Positions 52,590 through 64,000 of a DNA stretch of 64,000 nt are shown here, piece after piece. The notes beneath the pieces are model-generated. The model ran no database searches, was not told the origin of the DNA, and saw only the letters and a program-made list of their open reading frames with translations. Source of the DNA: Octopus sinensis (taxonomy: Eukaryota). The position numbers and the translations under genes are program-made. How positions within the stretch are numbered: the stretch's first letter is position 1; each line of letters opens with the position of its first letter. The stretch lies in the NCBI RefSeq assembly GCF_006345805.1, contig NC_043009.1, positions 66,030,001-66,094,000 of the forward strand, read 5' to 3'.

Positions 52590-52635
52590 GACACCTGATG
52601 AAGACTGGAGGGTATATCAGCTGAAACATTGTGTG
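52590..52635 (+). ncRNA. Second copy of the hammerhead motif, G16.2->A mutant
   Basis: GACAC-CUGAUGA-A-GACUG...CAGCU-GAAAC-AUU-GUGUG. Confidence 0.5.
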
Positions 52636-52781
52636 TTAACAACAAACAAGATGAAGACAAATATCCATGAAATATAAATAATGTAAATAATTAAAAAGGG
52701 TTCCTTATACACATTAAAATACGGTATGCCACAAAACCTCCTAAAATTGGACACCAATATCTAAGCGTTGTCCAAGACTAA

Positions 52782-52802
52782 TTAGGGTTAGGGTTAGGGT
52801 TA
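52782..52802 (+). repeat. Interstitial (TTAGGG)3
   Basis: ttagggttagggttagggtta. Confidence 0.8.
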
Positions 52803-52869
52803 TGAAGGAAACCAAACAGTACCAAAGCATGCAATCTCCACAAACTATGAATCCACAAACACTTTCCAT

Positions 52870-53480
52870 ATGTATTCTTTTCTATTCTTTGCACAAGGCC
52901 CGAAATTTTGGGGGAGGGCTCCAGTCGATTACATCAACCCCAATGCGAAACTGGTACTTAATTTATCGACCCCAAAAGGAGGAAAGGCAAAGTTGACCTT
53001 GATGGAATTTGAACTCAGAACATATAGACAGACGGAATACCGCTAAGCATTTCGCCTGGCGTGCTAACATTTCTTTACTCTGGGGACAAAGCCCAAAATT
53101 TGGGGAGAAGGGACCTGTCAATTAGATCGACCCCAGTACACAACTGGTATTTAATTTTTTGACCTCGAAAGGATGAAAGGTAAAGTCGACCTCAGCGGAA
53201 TTTGAATCCAGAAATACTGCTAAGCATTTCACCTGGCTTGCTAACATTTCTGCTAGCTCGCCACCTTGTTTTGAATATAATCTTTTCTGCTCTAGGCACA
53301 AGGCCTGAAATTTTTGGGGAGTGGGGGCCAGTCAATTAGATCGACTCCAGTATGCAGCTGGTACTTAATTTATCAACGCCAAAAGGACAAAAGGCACAGT
53401 TGAACTCGGCAGAATTAAAACTCAGAATGTAAAGACAGCTGAAATACTGCTAAGCATTTTGCACATCATGCTAACATTTC
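52870..53480 (-). mobile_element. Three stacked SINE family B copies
   Basis: Repeated cacaaggcccgaaatt...tcgaccccag...gaatttgaactcagaa...ctaagcatt. Confidence 0.8.
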
Positions 53481-54110
53481 TACCTGCGCACCACCTTACT
53501 CTCCATCTGTATCATATAAATGGAATATCTAAATTATATATTGTGTACATTATTGTGTTCTGTTCTGTATGTTATCCGTTTGTGGGAAAATTGTCTTTCA
53601 TGATGTTGCGTGGCAGTGCTAAACATTTGATATCGATCAATAGTATAAAAGTATAAAAGCAAATGGCACATAGGACTCCACATCTGATATTAGTCAATGG
53701 TGTTTGCTAGTGTTCTAAGTATAGTAGTCATATCAGATGTCATATGGTGCCATAACATTTGATATCATTTAGTAGTATATGTTCTTACTTTGTTGTATAA
53801 TAATGATATCAAATAATGCAGAACTTTTTGCAAAGTGGTTAGCGTTACGAAGGGCATCTGGCTGTAGAAACCATGGCAAAGTAGACAGCAGCCCTTGGCA
53901 CAGTCTTCTGACTTGTTAGCAACCGTCCAAACCATCCAATCCATGCTGGCATGGGAACCCGACATGAAAGGATGACGATAATGATGATGGAGACGGCAGC
54001 CGTGGTGACAGCGACGATGACCACGACTCCTCCATAAAATCTGATCTGATTCAGCAGTGTTTAATCGGCTGATATTTAATTGTTCACATAAAAGTGAATT
54101 CTTTTTCTTT

Positions 54111-54462
54111 TATTCTTTTACTTGTTTCAGTCATTTGACTGCGACCATGCTGGAGCACCACCTTTAGTCAAGCAAATCGATCCCTAGTACTTATTCTATC
54201 GGTCTCTTTTGCAGAACTGCTAAGTTACAGGGACGTAAGCAAACCAGCATCGGTTGTCAAGTGATGGTGGGGAGACAAACACAGACACACACACACACAT
54301 ACATATATAAATGGGCTTCTTTCAGTTTCCTTCTACCAAATCCACTCACAAGGCTTTGATCAGCCTGAAGCTATAGTAGAAGACACTCGCCAGAGGTGCT
54401 GCACAGTAGGACTAAACCCAGAACCATGTGGTTGATTAGCAAGCTACTTAGCACACAGCCAC
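54111..54462 (-). mobile_element. Full-length SINE family A
   Basis: Colinear with the other family A copies. Confidence 0.85.
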
Positions 54463-54584
54463 AGTTTATGAATTGCTCAGAAAGCTCACAAGACACAAGA
54501 AATAGTTAACATTATTTGGTTGGATTCAATGAAAACATGGAAACTTAACAATTCCATATTTCTGAGATGAGGAATTTTTATATT

Positions 54585-54770
54585 ATGTATTAGTCTGATG
54601 GTGCCTTCATCTTGGTTGTTGCTTTCACTACATTCCAGTTGTTGTATACTCCAGCCTTCTTCGGGTGTCTTGTGGTTCACGATAATGCCTTACCTGAGAT
54701 TGAATTCAGAATCTCTTGGTGACTGCACTGCATTAACCAACACCTTAAAATTGTATTAAAGGTACAGGTG
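54585..54770 (-). mobile_element. Old copy of the tRNA-head plus PLE-tail SINE
   Basis: ccttcatcttggttgttg...ctccagccttcttcgggtgtcttg aligns to 52290-52360; decayed head follows. Confidence 0.6.
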
Positions 54771-55704
54771 TGATTAGAATGTCCAGGTACTTACATGCTA
54801 ATTCCATGATAACTGAATACTCATTGCTAAAGCCAGCAGGGCTCCATTGCCTGTTATTACACAGGAACTGGCTGTGGGGCTCATTAATAAATGGTACCAC
54901 ATAGTGTTAATGACTTGTGGGGGGCAAGTTATTTCGTTATGCAACCATAATATACTGGGCCCGTGAGAAAAAAGAACCTTCACACCTGAGTTGTCCAAGC
55001 GCTTACCAGTGTACCCAGCTGGAAAAGGGTACTTAGCCCTTCTCAGGGCCACAGCACACGTCACAGTAGTGCTAGAAACTAGGGAAACTGATCCCACCTA
55101 AGACGTACGAAAACGGACAGCAGGTGGTCATTCAGGAGTCATGACTCAGATGTGGCCTGACCCCAACCTCCCCCCGAGTGTTAAGATTTAAGGACCGAAA
55201 CACTTGCCTAAAGGTGGTTTGTCCTCTGAGGATCACCTGCTGTTATGCTCTCCCCGAGTTTCTTTCCACCTATATTAAAAATTTTTTATAAGTCAGTACC
55301 ATGTCCTTCTGTGTTAGCAGTGCACTGCCATAACAAATATCAATGCTGGGTTTAATTTCTGTAGAATATCTGTAGAGACATCTTCAACAAGTGGCCCCAT
55401 AGTGTGTTCCTGACATTTCACTCAGTCACTCCACTCATGTCTAAAAGTGATGTCTTTTGCCTGAAGAGACAAAGAAGATTCGTTAAGGACTGGTGTGGTT
55501 CATTAACCCTTTTGCATTCAGACTTCTTTTGTCAAACATAATCCTTATTAATTCACATTGTTTGGAATCAATCACAAATTATCTTGTAGCTTCAAGATTT
55601 CAAAGGATGTGATTGCTTATTTCTAGAATGACATTGTAGGGCAGGTGTGAGAGATTGGATCTGGCCAGTTTTAACATAAAATAGGGAGAATGTCTGAGCC
55701 AGGT

Positions 55705-55940
55705 ATCATCATCATCATCGTTTAACGCTAGCATGGGTTGGATGATTCGACTGGGGTCTGGGAAGCCAGGAGGCTGCACCAGGCTCCAGTCTGATCTGGC
55801 AGAGTTTCTACAGCTGGATGCCCTTCCTAACGCCAACCACTCCGTGAGTGTAGAGGGTGCTTTTTAAGTGCCACTGGCACAGGGGCCGAAGCAGGCTGGC
55901 AATGGCCACGACCAGTTGGTGCCTTTTACGTGCCACAACC
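55705..55940 (-). mobile_element. RTE LINE 3' UTR copy
   Basis: catcatcatcatcgtttaacg...cagctggatgcccttcctaacgcc. Confidence 0.8.
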
Positions 55941-56689
55941 AGATTAAATGCTAAAGACTTAAACTACACACATTTCTGTCTGTGATGGCTTTTTGTTTTT
56001 TTAGTGCCAGACCACAAATACATAAAAGAAGGACTGGAATTGGTCCAGTGGTGCTTCTTTACTGTTTGCAGAATCTTCAGCATATTGGACACAATGGTAA
56101 GTGGCATTTCTTCTTGCAACTTTCATTCTGAGTTCAAAATCTGATGAGGGCAACTGTCTTTCATTCTTTTGGGGGGTCAATAAAAAAAAATACCAGTTAA
56201 TTACTAAAACCAAGTTAATTGATTTGTCCCACTGTCTAAAAAATTGCTGGCTTTGTGCCAAAATTTTAACCCATTATATAAGGTGGTAAGATGGCAGAAT
56301 AATTGCCATATCCAACAAAATGGTAAGTTAAGATTCTGCCAAGGACAATTTTGTCATTCCTCCTTTCAAGATCATTAGAATGTGTACCAGTAAAACGCTA
56401 GGGTCAATGTAATTGATTTGACCTCCTTCATTGAAAATTGCTGACTCGATATCAAAATTTGAAAGGGTTTTGTTGTTCAAACTACAGTTGTTGTTATTGA
56501 TGCTGTTGTTTGTCATGATGTTGTTGTTGTTAACTAAATGTTGCTATATCCTGTTTTAATAGAAAAAAAGCAAACATTTGAAAGAGGTAAAAAAAAAAAA
56601 AGAAATAGCAAAAATGGAAAACAACCTGGCGATGGGACAAAGCTGGAAACGGAAGGAAGGATGCAAACTAAACAAAACAAAATAAATGT

Positions 56690-56834
56690 GTTCACACACA
56701 CACATGCACATACATACATGCATACATACATACATATACATACATACATACATTCATACATAAGCACATGTATATATATATATATAAATACATATATATA
56801 TATATATATATATACATATAACTATTTATCAATC

Positions 56835-56876
<42 letters not shown>

Positions 56877-56922
56877 TACATATACACACACACGCACACA
56901 CACATACATACATATGTATATA

Positions 56923-56966
<44 letters not shown>

Positions 56967-57085
56967 TATATACATATAACTATTTATCAATCTATATATA
57001 TATATATATATACATATACATACATATACACACATACGCACACACACATACATACATATGTATATATGCATTTATATATATATGC

Positions 57086-57121
<36 letters not shown>

Positions 57122-57576
57122 TCAAATTCAAAACCAAGAAGAATTCTTCAAAATAAAAACAAAAAAAAATACAAAACAGAGAAATAAATAAAAACAAAAA
57201 TAGTACATAAAGTGTAAGCGAAACCGAAACCAAAATCAAAATGAAAACGAAAAGAGAATCAGAGGTAAATAGGAAGCAAAGGGATTTAGCTCTGGCGCTA
57301 CCATTTCCTTCATTCTCTCCCAATTCCACTTTGGTCTGTTTTATCGATTCGTTTAGCTTTAAATTCTTTGTTTTGATTACTTTTCAATTTATTTATTTTT
57401 TTTTGTTAATTTTCTTTGAATTCTTCTATTCTTCAAAATTTTGATTTCATTGTACTACCAATGTTGTTGTTAGTATTGCTGTTGTTGTGGTTGTTGTTAT
57501 TATTATTATTTTCATTATTATTATTATTATTATATTATTATTATTATTATTATTATAATTATTATTATTATTATTA

Positions 57577-57646
<70 letters not shown>

Positions 57647-58106
57647 AAGTAGCTAGGAATTTTTCAGGATATTTTTTAAGCTAGAAATAGTGTTGGTGGG
57701 ATTGGTGGGGGGAGGGAGCATGAGCAAATCTATGTGAGGAAGAAACTGAGATATATATATATATAGAGAATGAGAGAGAGTGAGAGAGAGGGAGAAAGAG
57801 AGAGTAAGAGAGAGAGAAGGAGATGGAAGGGGAAGGAGTTGGAGAAAGAATCAGTTTGTGAGTGAATGAGAGAGAAAATATATAGAGACATAGCGAAATA
57901 GAAATGGAGGGGTGAGACAGAGAAAGAGAAAGACTAGAAGTCAAAGAGAGAGAGAGAGAGGAAGGACAGAGGGGGACAGAATGAGAGGGAGAAATGGGAA
58001 CAGAGAGAGAGAGAGAGAGACAGAAAGAAGGGGAGAGGGAGAGAGAGAGAAAGAAGGGGAGAGAGGAGGGACAGAGGGGGACAGAAAGAGAGGGAGAAAG
58101 GGAAAC

Positions 58107-58141
<35 letters not shown>

Positions 58142-58424
58142 AAGAAGGGGAGAGAAAGAGAGAGACAGTAAGAAGGGGAGAGAGAGGGGGGGACAGAGAA
58201 AGAGAAAGTGATAATGTAGAGATAAGACGGAGAATAGAAATGGAAAAATGGAATAAAGGTAAGAGAGAAGAATAAAGGAAGGGTTACAAGAAGGAGAGAA
58301 TTGGGGAAGAAAGAGAAAGGAGTGTGTGTGTGTGTGTGTGTGTGAGATTGGCTTGGAAGATAGAGTAATACATATGTAAGTATCAGTACACATACATCAA
58401 TCAGTTCATATAAGATAGACATAT

Positions 58425-58461
<37 letters not shown>

Positions 58462-58670
58462 TGTTTGCGTACATACATGGATACATTCATACATGTATAT
58501 ATACATACACACACAAACAGACACACATACATATATATACATATATATTAACATATATACATATATATATATACATATATATATATATATGTATTTGTAT
58601 ATATATATATGTATATGTATATATATATATTTATATATCGAGAGAAAGAGAGAGAGAGTGACAGACAGAC

Positions 58671-58704
<34 letters not shown>

Positions 58705-59675
58705 GAGGATTGATTGATTGACAAGAGAAAAAGTTAATGATAGATATGTCCACTCTCTTTCTCTCTCTCTCTCACACATACACACACACAGAAACACACA
58801 TACACACATACACACACACATACACACACATACATACACACACACATACATACACACTCACATACATACATATATGTAAGTAAATGTATTTAAATATGAG
58901 TATATATATGTGTGTGCGTGTGTGTTTATGCATATTGATATGATATATACCATCATTGTCATTTAACATCCATATTTGATGATGATCACGATGATGATGA
59001 TGATGATGATGATATATATGTATACCTATAACTATATATGTGTGTGTGTAAATAGACATAAAATATAGCTATATATATCTATGTATATATATATGTATAT
59101 ATATATATATATGTATATAAATATATAAATATGCATGTCTGTATATATGTATTCATATATACACACATGCATATGTGTGTGTATATATATATATATATAT
59201 ATACAGTTATATCTATGTATATGCTTACACACACACACACACACACATGAATGCATTAGTGTGTGTGTGTGTGTGTTTTACTTGTAAAAAAGCAAATAAA
59301 ACTGAGCTGTAATGAAGCATGGCAAGAAAGAAAGACAATGAGATGTAAATCAATGGTGAGTGGGGTGGGGAGGGCGACGGCGAGGAGGAGGAGGGGGAGG
59401 AGGGGTGTGAGACTGAGGATATAATTAATGTAATTCTTGTATAAATTGGAACATTAGACATGGTGGGTTTAGTGGTGGGAGTGGGTGGCTGTTAGCACAC
59501 ATCATCATCATCATCATCATCATGACTATCACCATCAAAGCTGTCATCATTAGAAATATCATCATCATCATCATCATCAACATCATCATCAACATCATCA
59601 TCATCATCATCATCAACATCAGCAGCAGCATTGTTACCTTTTGTCATTATCAAAACCCTATCCAAACTACTGCTG

Positions 59676-59715
<40 letters not shown>

Positions 59716-59920
59716 AAGTACTACTACTACTACTACTTTTGAAACTATTGCTACTACTACTACTACTACTACTACTACTATAAGTGCTGCTGCACAGCCT
59801 AATTTTTTTCACCTTCACTTCATCATCCCCCTCCTCCTCCTCCTCTGCCTCTTTTCCATCATCATCATTTTCATCATCATCATCATCATCATCATTTTCA
59901 TCATTATCAACACCTTGATT
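56690..59920. repeat. Large compound microsatellite field: (TA)n, (TAT)n, (TAG)n, (AG)n, (AGAC)n, (CA)n, (CAT)n, (CTA)n
   Basis: Directly visible; includes a duplicated compound block of about 155 bp at 56810 and 56970. Confidence 0.9.
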
Positions 59921-60411
59921 ATGAGTCTGTATAGGAACCTTTATGCGATCTCTGAACCTGTAAGTTATAGCAGCCAAATCTCCCTCAAACCATATTCCCA
60001 CTTGGCAAGAATTGGAAAAGGACATTCAATAATTCTTTCCATCGTTCCCTGAGTCCTCAACTGCTGAAGAAATCCCATGGCACTTTGATGACATTTGGTG
60101 TGTCTTTGAGTATTTTTATATGAAGGGAAACCCAACCTTTGCCAGTGAGTTTCTTCCAGATAAAACGAAAGAGAACAAGAAAATAAGAGAGAAGGTTAAT
60201 CAAGCTCAGTTCTTAAACAGCATTTTACCAATCCCGAAAGGATAAAAGTCAAAGGTGACTTTAGCTGGGAGCTGGAATCATCACCAGAAGACATTGTAAC
60301 CAATGCTTTTAATGATTCCACAAATATCTGCCCTATTTATTGGATAATGTATCCATACATACTTTAGGTAGTGGATATCACATTCTCTGGTAAACAAGTG
60401 GAATTTTTCAG

Positions 60412-60503
60412 ACCAAAATTTGCACCAAAAAAAGTTTGGTGAACTTATACATGAAGATGATTTCAAAAGACCAAAAGTTCCATGCGAAATGCACCAGGAT
60501 TTG
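60412..60503 (+). CDS. Candidate 92-nt exon ((D)QNLHQKKFGELIHEDDFKRPKVPCEMHQDL)
   Basis: gaatttttcag|...TTG|gtaaaa; phase fits 50646-50696; a second frame is also open and a TE origin is not excluded. Confidence 0.22.
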
Positions 60504-60569
60504 GTAAAATAGGGATGATCTTTGAATGTTTATGCTACATACTATGTTGACTTGCATTCCAGAAAATAT

Positions 60570-61045
60570 GTTTAACGTCCGCTTTTCCATGCTAGCATGG
60601 GTTGGACGATTTTGACTGATGTCTGGCGAACCAGATGGCTGCACCAGGCCCCAATCTTGATCCGGCAGAGTTTCTACAGCTGGATGCCCTTCCTAACGCC
60701 ACCACTCCGAGAGTGTAGTGGGTGCTTTTTACATGCCATCGGCACGGGGGCCAGTCAGGCGGTACTGGCAATGACCTCGCTCGAATCTTTTTACACATGC
60801 CACCTGCACGGAAGCCAGTTGACTGCTCGGGCAACGATCATGCTCAGATAGTGCTCTTGGCACCCTACTAGCACATGCACAAGTGCCAGTAAGGCAACGC
60901 TGGTAATGATCACACTCGAATGGTGCCCTTTTATGTGCCACTGGCACAGAAGCCGGTTAGCTGCTCTGTCAACGATTACACTCGTATGGTGCTCTTTGCA
61001 CCCTGCAAGCACAGACGCCAGTCATCGAATTTGATTTTGATTTTG
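60570..61045 (-). mobile_element. RTE LINE 3' UTR with degenerate internal repeats
   Basis: gtttaacgtccgcttttccatgc, plus repeated gtgccactggcac-like modules. Confidence 0.8.
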
Positions 61046-61319
61046 ATTTTATACATACATATATTTATGTATGTACAAAATGGGCTTCTTTTGGTGTCCG
61101 TCTTCCAAATCCACTTACAAGGTTTTGGTTGGCCTAGGGCTAGACTAGAAGACATTTGTCCAAGGTGCCATGCAGTGGGATTGAACCCAAGATCACACAG
61201 TTAATCATCACTGATATATCATCAATGCTATTATTGCCATCATCATCAACATCATTATCTCAGTGATGTTAGTAGATGATGCATTTATTGAGTCAAAGAA
61301 AGAAGAAATGATGATTTAT

Positions 61320-62010
61320 GCCAGGATGACATGCAAGGCAACTGAGAGCTTCTTTGAGAAAGCTTCTGTTGGAAGCTGCAAACCCGATCTTTAAATGGAC
61401 TGAGGTTTCCACCAGAAAGAAGCTGACATGGAATGGTGGAATGGTTTAGTAGACAAAGCTATAAAAGTGAAGAAACAGATTTGGAAAGAATTGGATTCAA
61501 TTTCAGGTGGGTAAAAAGCAAATTAGAAATCAGGTGGACTTTGTGAGTAGAGAAGGAGAAGATAAGAGGTTTGAAAGTGTTTTGTAGAATGTGGAGCAAA
61601 GACATCGGGCATCCCAGATTGCAAGGTAAGATGTTGCTATGAATCAGGCCATCCCTGGTGAAAGGTGGGAATGTAATGATGAGGTTGCAAAGTGTGTGCA
61701 TGATGTTTTTTTTTCTTCTACAAAGTGTGATGAGGCAACAAAGAATAACATAAGCCATGAAAGGGGAGGATATACAAGACTGGAAAGAAATGAGGCAAGC
61801 ATGCTACAGTCTGTGTGTTTGAATGACATTTGAATTGAAAGAGAATGTGGATATAAGGGGAATTGGATGGAGAGAGGAGCAGAAGTGAAGACTGGGATGG
61901 TACAGACATATGATGGCTTTGGAAGATGAAGGATGGTTAAAGAAATACTAAATAATCCGAGAGGGGAAAATCTCTGGTAGACGAAGATTGAATAAGATAT
62001 GGGAAGAAAG
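61320..62010 (+). mobile_element. Old RTE LINE RT C-terminal remnant
   Basis: RLERNEASML, followed by a decayed RLRWYGH/GRP...W region. Confidence 0.65.
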
Positions 62011-62893
62011 GGTTGAAATCTGTTACCTCATTTAAAATAACAGTAATATATTACTTTCAAATTTAGGCACAAGGCCAGCAATTTCAAGAGAAGGGTTTAG
62101 TTGATTACATTGACAGCAGTGTGCAACTGGTACTAATTCTATCGACCCAAAAAGGATGAAGGTCAAAGGTGACCTCTGCAGAATTTGAACTCAGGATGTA
62201 AAGACAAATGCCGAATGTACTAATAATTCTGCCAGCTCATCACCTTAGAAGTAACAGTAATATATTGAGGGGTTTAGTTAATCATATTCGCCCTCATCAA
62301 ATCTATGATTTTGTGCAGCTATTTTGAAATAGGTTGGTTGACTGCAACTTGAAAACCAAAGGTCAGAAATGGCAACCTCCTGTTTGTTGCGTTCTGTTTT
62401 TCTTCTCTTCAAAATCTAAAATTATTTTACAAGATCAAATAAAATTGACCTTTTGGTAAACAGCCTTTAACCTGGATGTTTAGATAGGTTACATTTCAAC
62501 AACTTCCAGGCTTAAATATCTAGATCAAAACCAGCGACCTCCAATTCATTTCTGTTATTGAAGAAACCTAACAAGAGAACTGATGTGATATCAGGCTACC
62601 AGCTTGCTGGTTTTAGGTTCAAATCCAGAGCAGGTTTTTGTTCTTTTTTTTTTCCATTATGTATTTATGAAGTAGAAGTGATTCTGTAAGGATTATGTGT
62701 CCAAAACTGGTGCTTGTATCCTGTTGATATTTAACTCCAAATCAATCTTGATCAAGTAAACCTACAGTCAAAGACGGTTCATCCATGCCCATCCTGTCTT
62801 GTTTTCAGATATAGTTATATATGGCTATATTATTCAAGATCTTATCTTTTTAAAATAGCTGATTGTGATTTTAAGAAGATTTAGCTGCTTTAG

Positions 62894-62961
62894 GAACCCA
62901 CCAGGCCAGTAGGAACCAACCAGGTTATTTGGAAATGTTCCATAAATACACATCTTGTCCA
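62894..62961 (+). CDS. Candidate exon (EPTRPVGTNQVIWKCSINTHLV, or THQASRNQPGYLEMFHKYTSCP)
   Basis: ctgctttag|...CCA|gtatgt; two open frames, unresolved. Confidence 0.18.
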
Positions 62962-63094
62962 GTATGTGATTTACCCCAAGTTTGCTTAATGCCATGAAAT
63001 AGAGACCAAATACCCACCCTGAAGAATTTATCTCGTGACACAAAAAACTTTAATCTTCTTCATATGGAACATTTAATTCTACATATCACTGTAG

Positions 63095-63408
63095 CTTTTA
63101 TGCTACATGTGATATATCACATGTGGATACATTTGTATCACATTTTTGTTACATTGGTATTAGCATTGCTTTTGGGCTACATGTGATATATCACATGTGG
63201 ATACATTTGTATCACATTTTTGTTACATTGGTATTAGTATTGCTTTTATGCTACATGTGGTATATCACATGTGGATACATTTGTAGCAAATTTTTGTTAC
63301 ATTGGTATTAGCATTGCTTTTATGCTACATGTGAAACATCACATGTGGATACATTTGTATCACATTTTTGTTACATTGGTATTAGCATTGCTTTTGGGCT
63401 ACATGTGG
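63095..63408. repeat. 74-bp tandem repeat x4 plus a partial unit, with internal palindrome
   Basis: gctacatgtg at 63102, 63176, 63250, 63324 and 63398; ACATGTGATATATCACATGT is a 20-bp palindrome. Confidence 0.9.
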
Positions 63409-63899
63409 TATGTTTGGGTTACATTTATCTTTTATCTTTTACTTGTTTCAGTTATTAGACTGCAGCCACCTTCAAGGTTTAGTCAAACAAATCAAATTCT
63501 AGTATTTTCAGAAAGAAAAATAAAAAAAACTACAATCAGAGAATTGATTTCTTACAAATATTAATGAAAGAATAATTTCAAAGATCGAATCCAGCAATCT
63601 TTATCTTGTCAGTTGGGATCAATTATTTTCAAAGATCAAATTTATTGACCTTTCACTTCACATGTCACTCTGATGAATCAAATAATTTCAAAAATCAAAT
63701 TCTTTAATCTTTGGTGTGTTCTTCAAGAGGATCTATAATTTTAAAAAGTTAACACCACTGATATTCAATATATTACTCACAAAAACTAATTACATTCGTA
63801 GTTCAAATTAAGTGACCTGTGTCATATTACTTCCTTCAATCATATATTTCCAAAGAGCAAACCCAGTAACCTTTAGTATCATATTACCCAACATACAAG

Positions 63900-64000
63900 T
63901 CAGTGTAGCACATGGTGGAAACATGTAGTGCAAACATGTGGAAACATGTAGTGTAGCACATGGTGGAAACATGTTGTGCAGACATGTTTAAACATGAAGT
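63900..64000. repeat. ACATG-rich minisatellite running off the window end
   Basis: gtagtgtagcacatggtggaaacat-like units. Confidence 0.75.

Larger units (their letters stand above)
52227..52692. mobile_element. tRNA-headed SINE with PLE-type tail, inserted as an inverted tail-head-tail structure
   Basis: Minus head tggtgtagtggttaag (A box)...gagttcgattcc (B box) at 52428-52496; tails 52262-52410 (-) and 52540-52690 (+) are inverted copies; 11-bp flanking direct repeat. Confidence 0.8.
52084..52726. mobile_element. Tigger-like MITE split by an insertion
   Basis: Ends accatattttaacgactataaggaaccc / gggttccttatacacattaaaatacggta; aaaaagggttc duplicated at 52216 and 52693. Confidence 0.7.

Noticed and set aside
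57934-58857. Longest ORF in the track (307 aa)
   Set aside because: Pure (TG)n/(TA)n/(TC)n translation
59425-60052. 177-aa acidic/Ser-rich ORF and its antisense partner
   Set aside because: Built from (CAT)n, (CTA)n and (CTC)n runs plus a family C repeat fragment

Overview
AT-rich, repeat-saturated animal genomic DNA. The SINE, RTE-LINE and microsatellite make-up resembles Octopus/coleoid cephalopod genomes (recognised by pattern, not by search). The window is mostly intron/intergenic. It holds several tRNA-headed SINE families, RTE LINE 3' ends, decayed DNA transposons (Tigger/pogo, two maT DD37D, hAT), two Helitron pieces, hairpin MITEs, Penelope-like element (PLE) remnants and tandem repeats of 63, 74, 182 and 184 bp. 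Most ORFs in the supplied track are microsatellite or TE artefacts. No protein-coding gene could be named; only short, low-confidence candidate exons were found. Best signal: minimal hammerhead ribozyme motifs of the type lacking stem III, in PLE-derived tails. One sits on a tRNA-headed SINE inserted as an inverted pair (52.2-52.7 kb); a second has an A6U core (32.9 kb). Old repeats look CpG-depleted at both ends and CpG-retaining at about 29-47.7 kb, suggesting two methylated gene bodies flanking an unmethylated block. A near-consensus RFX X-box lies at 20.46 kb.
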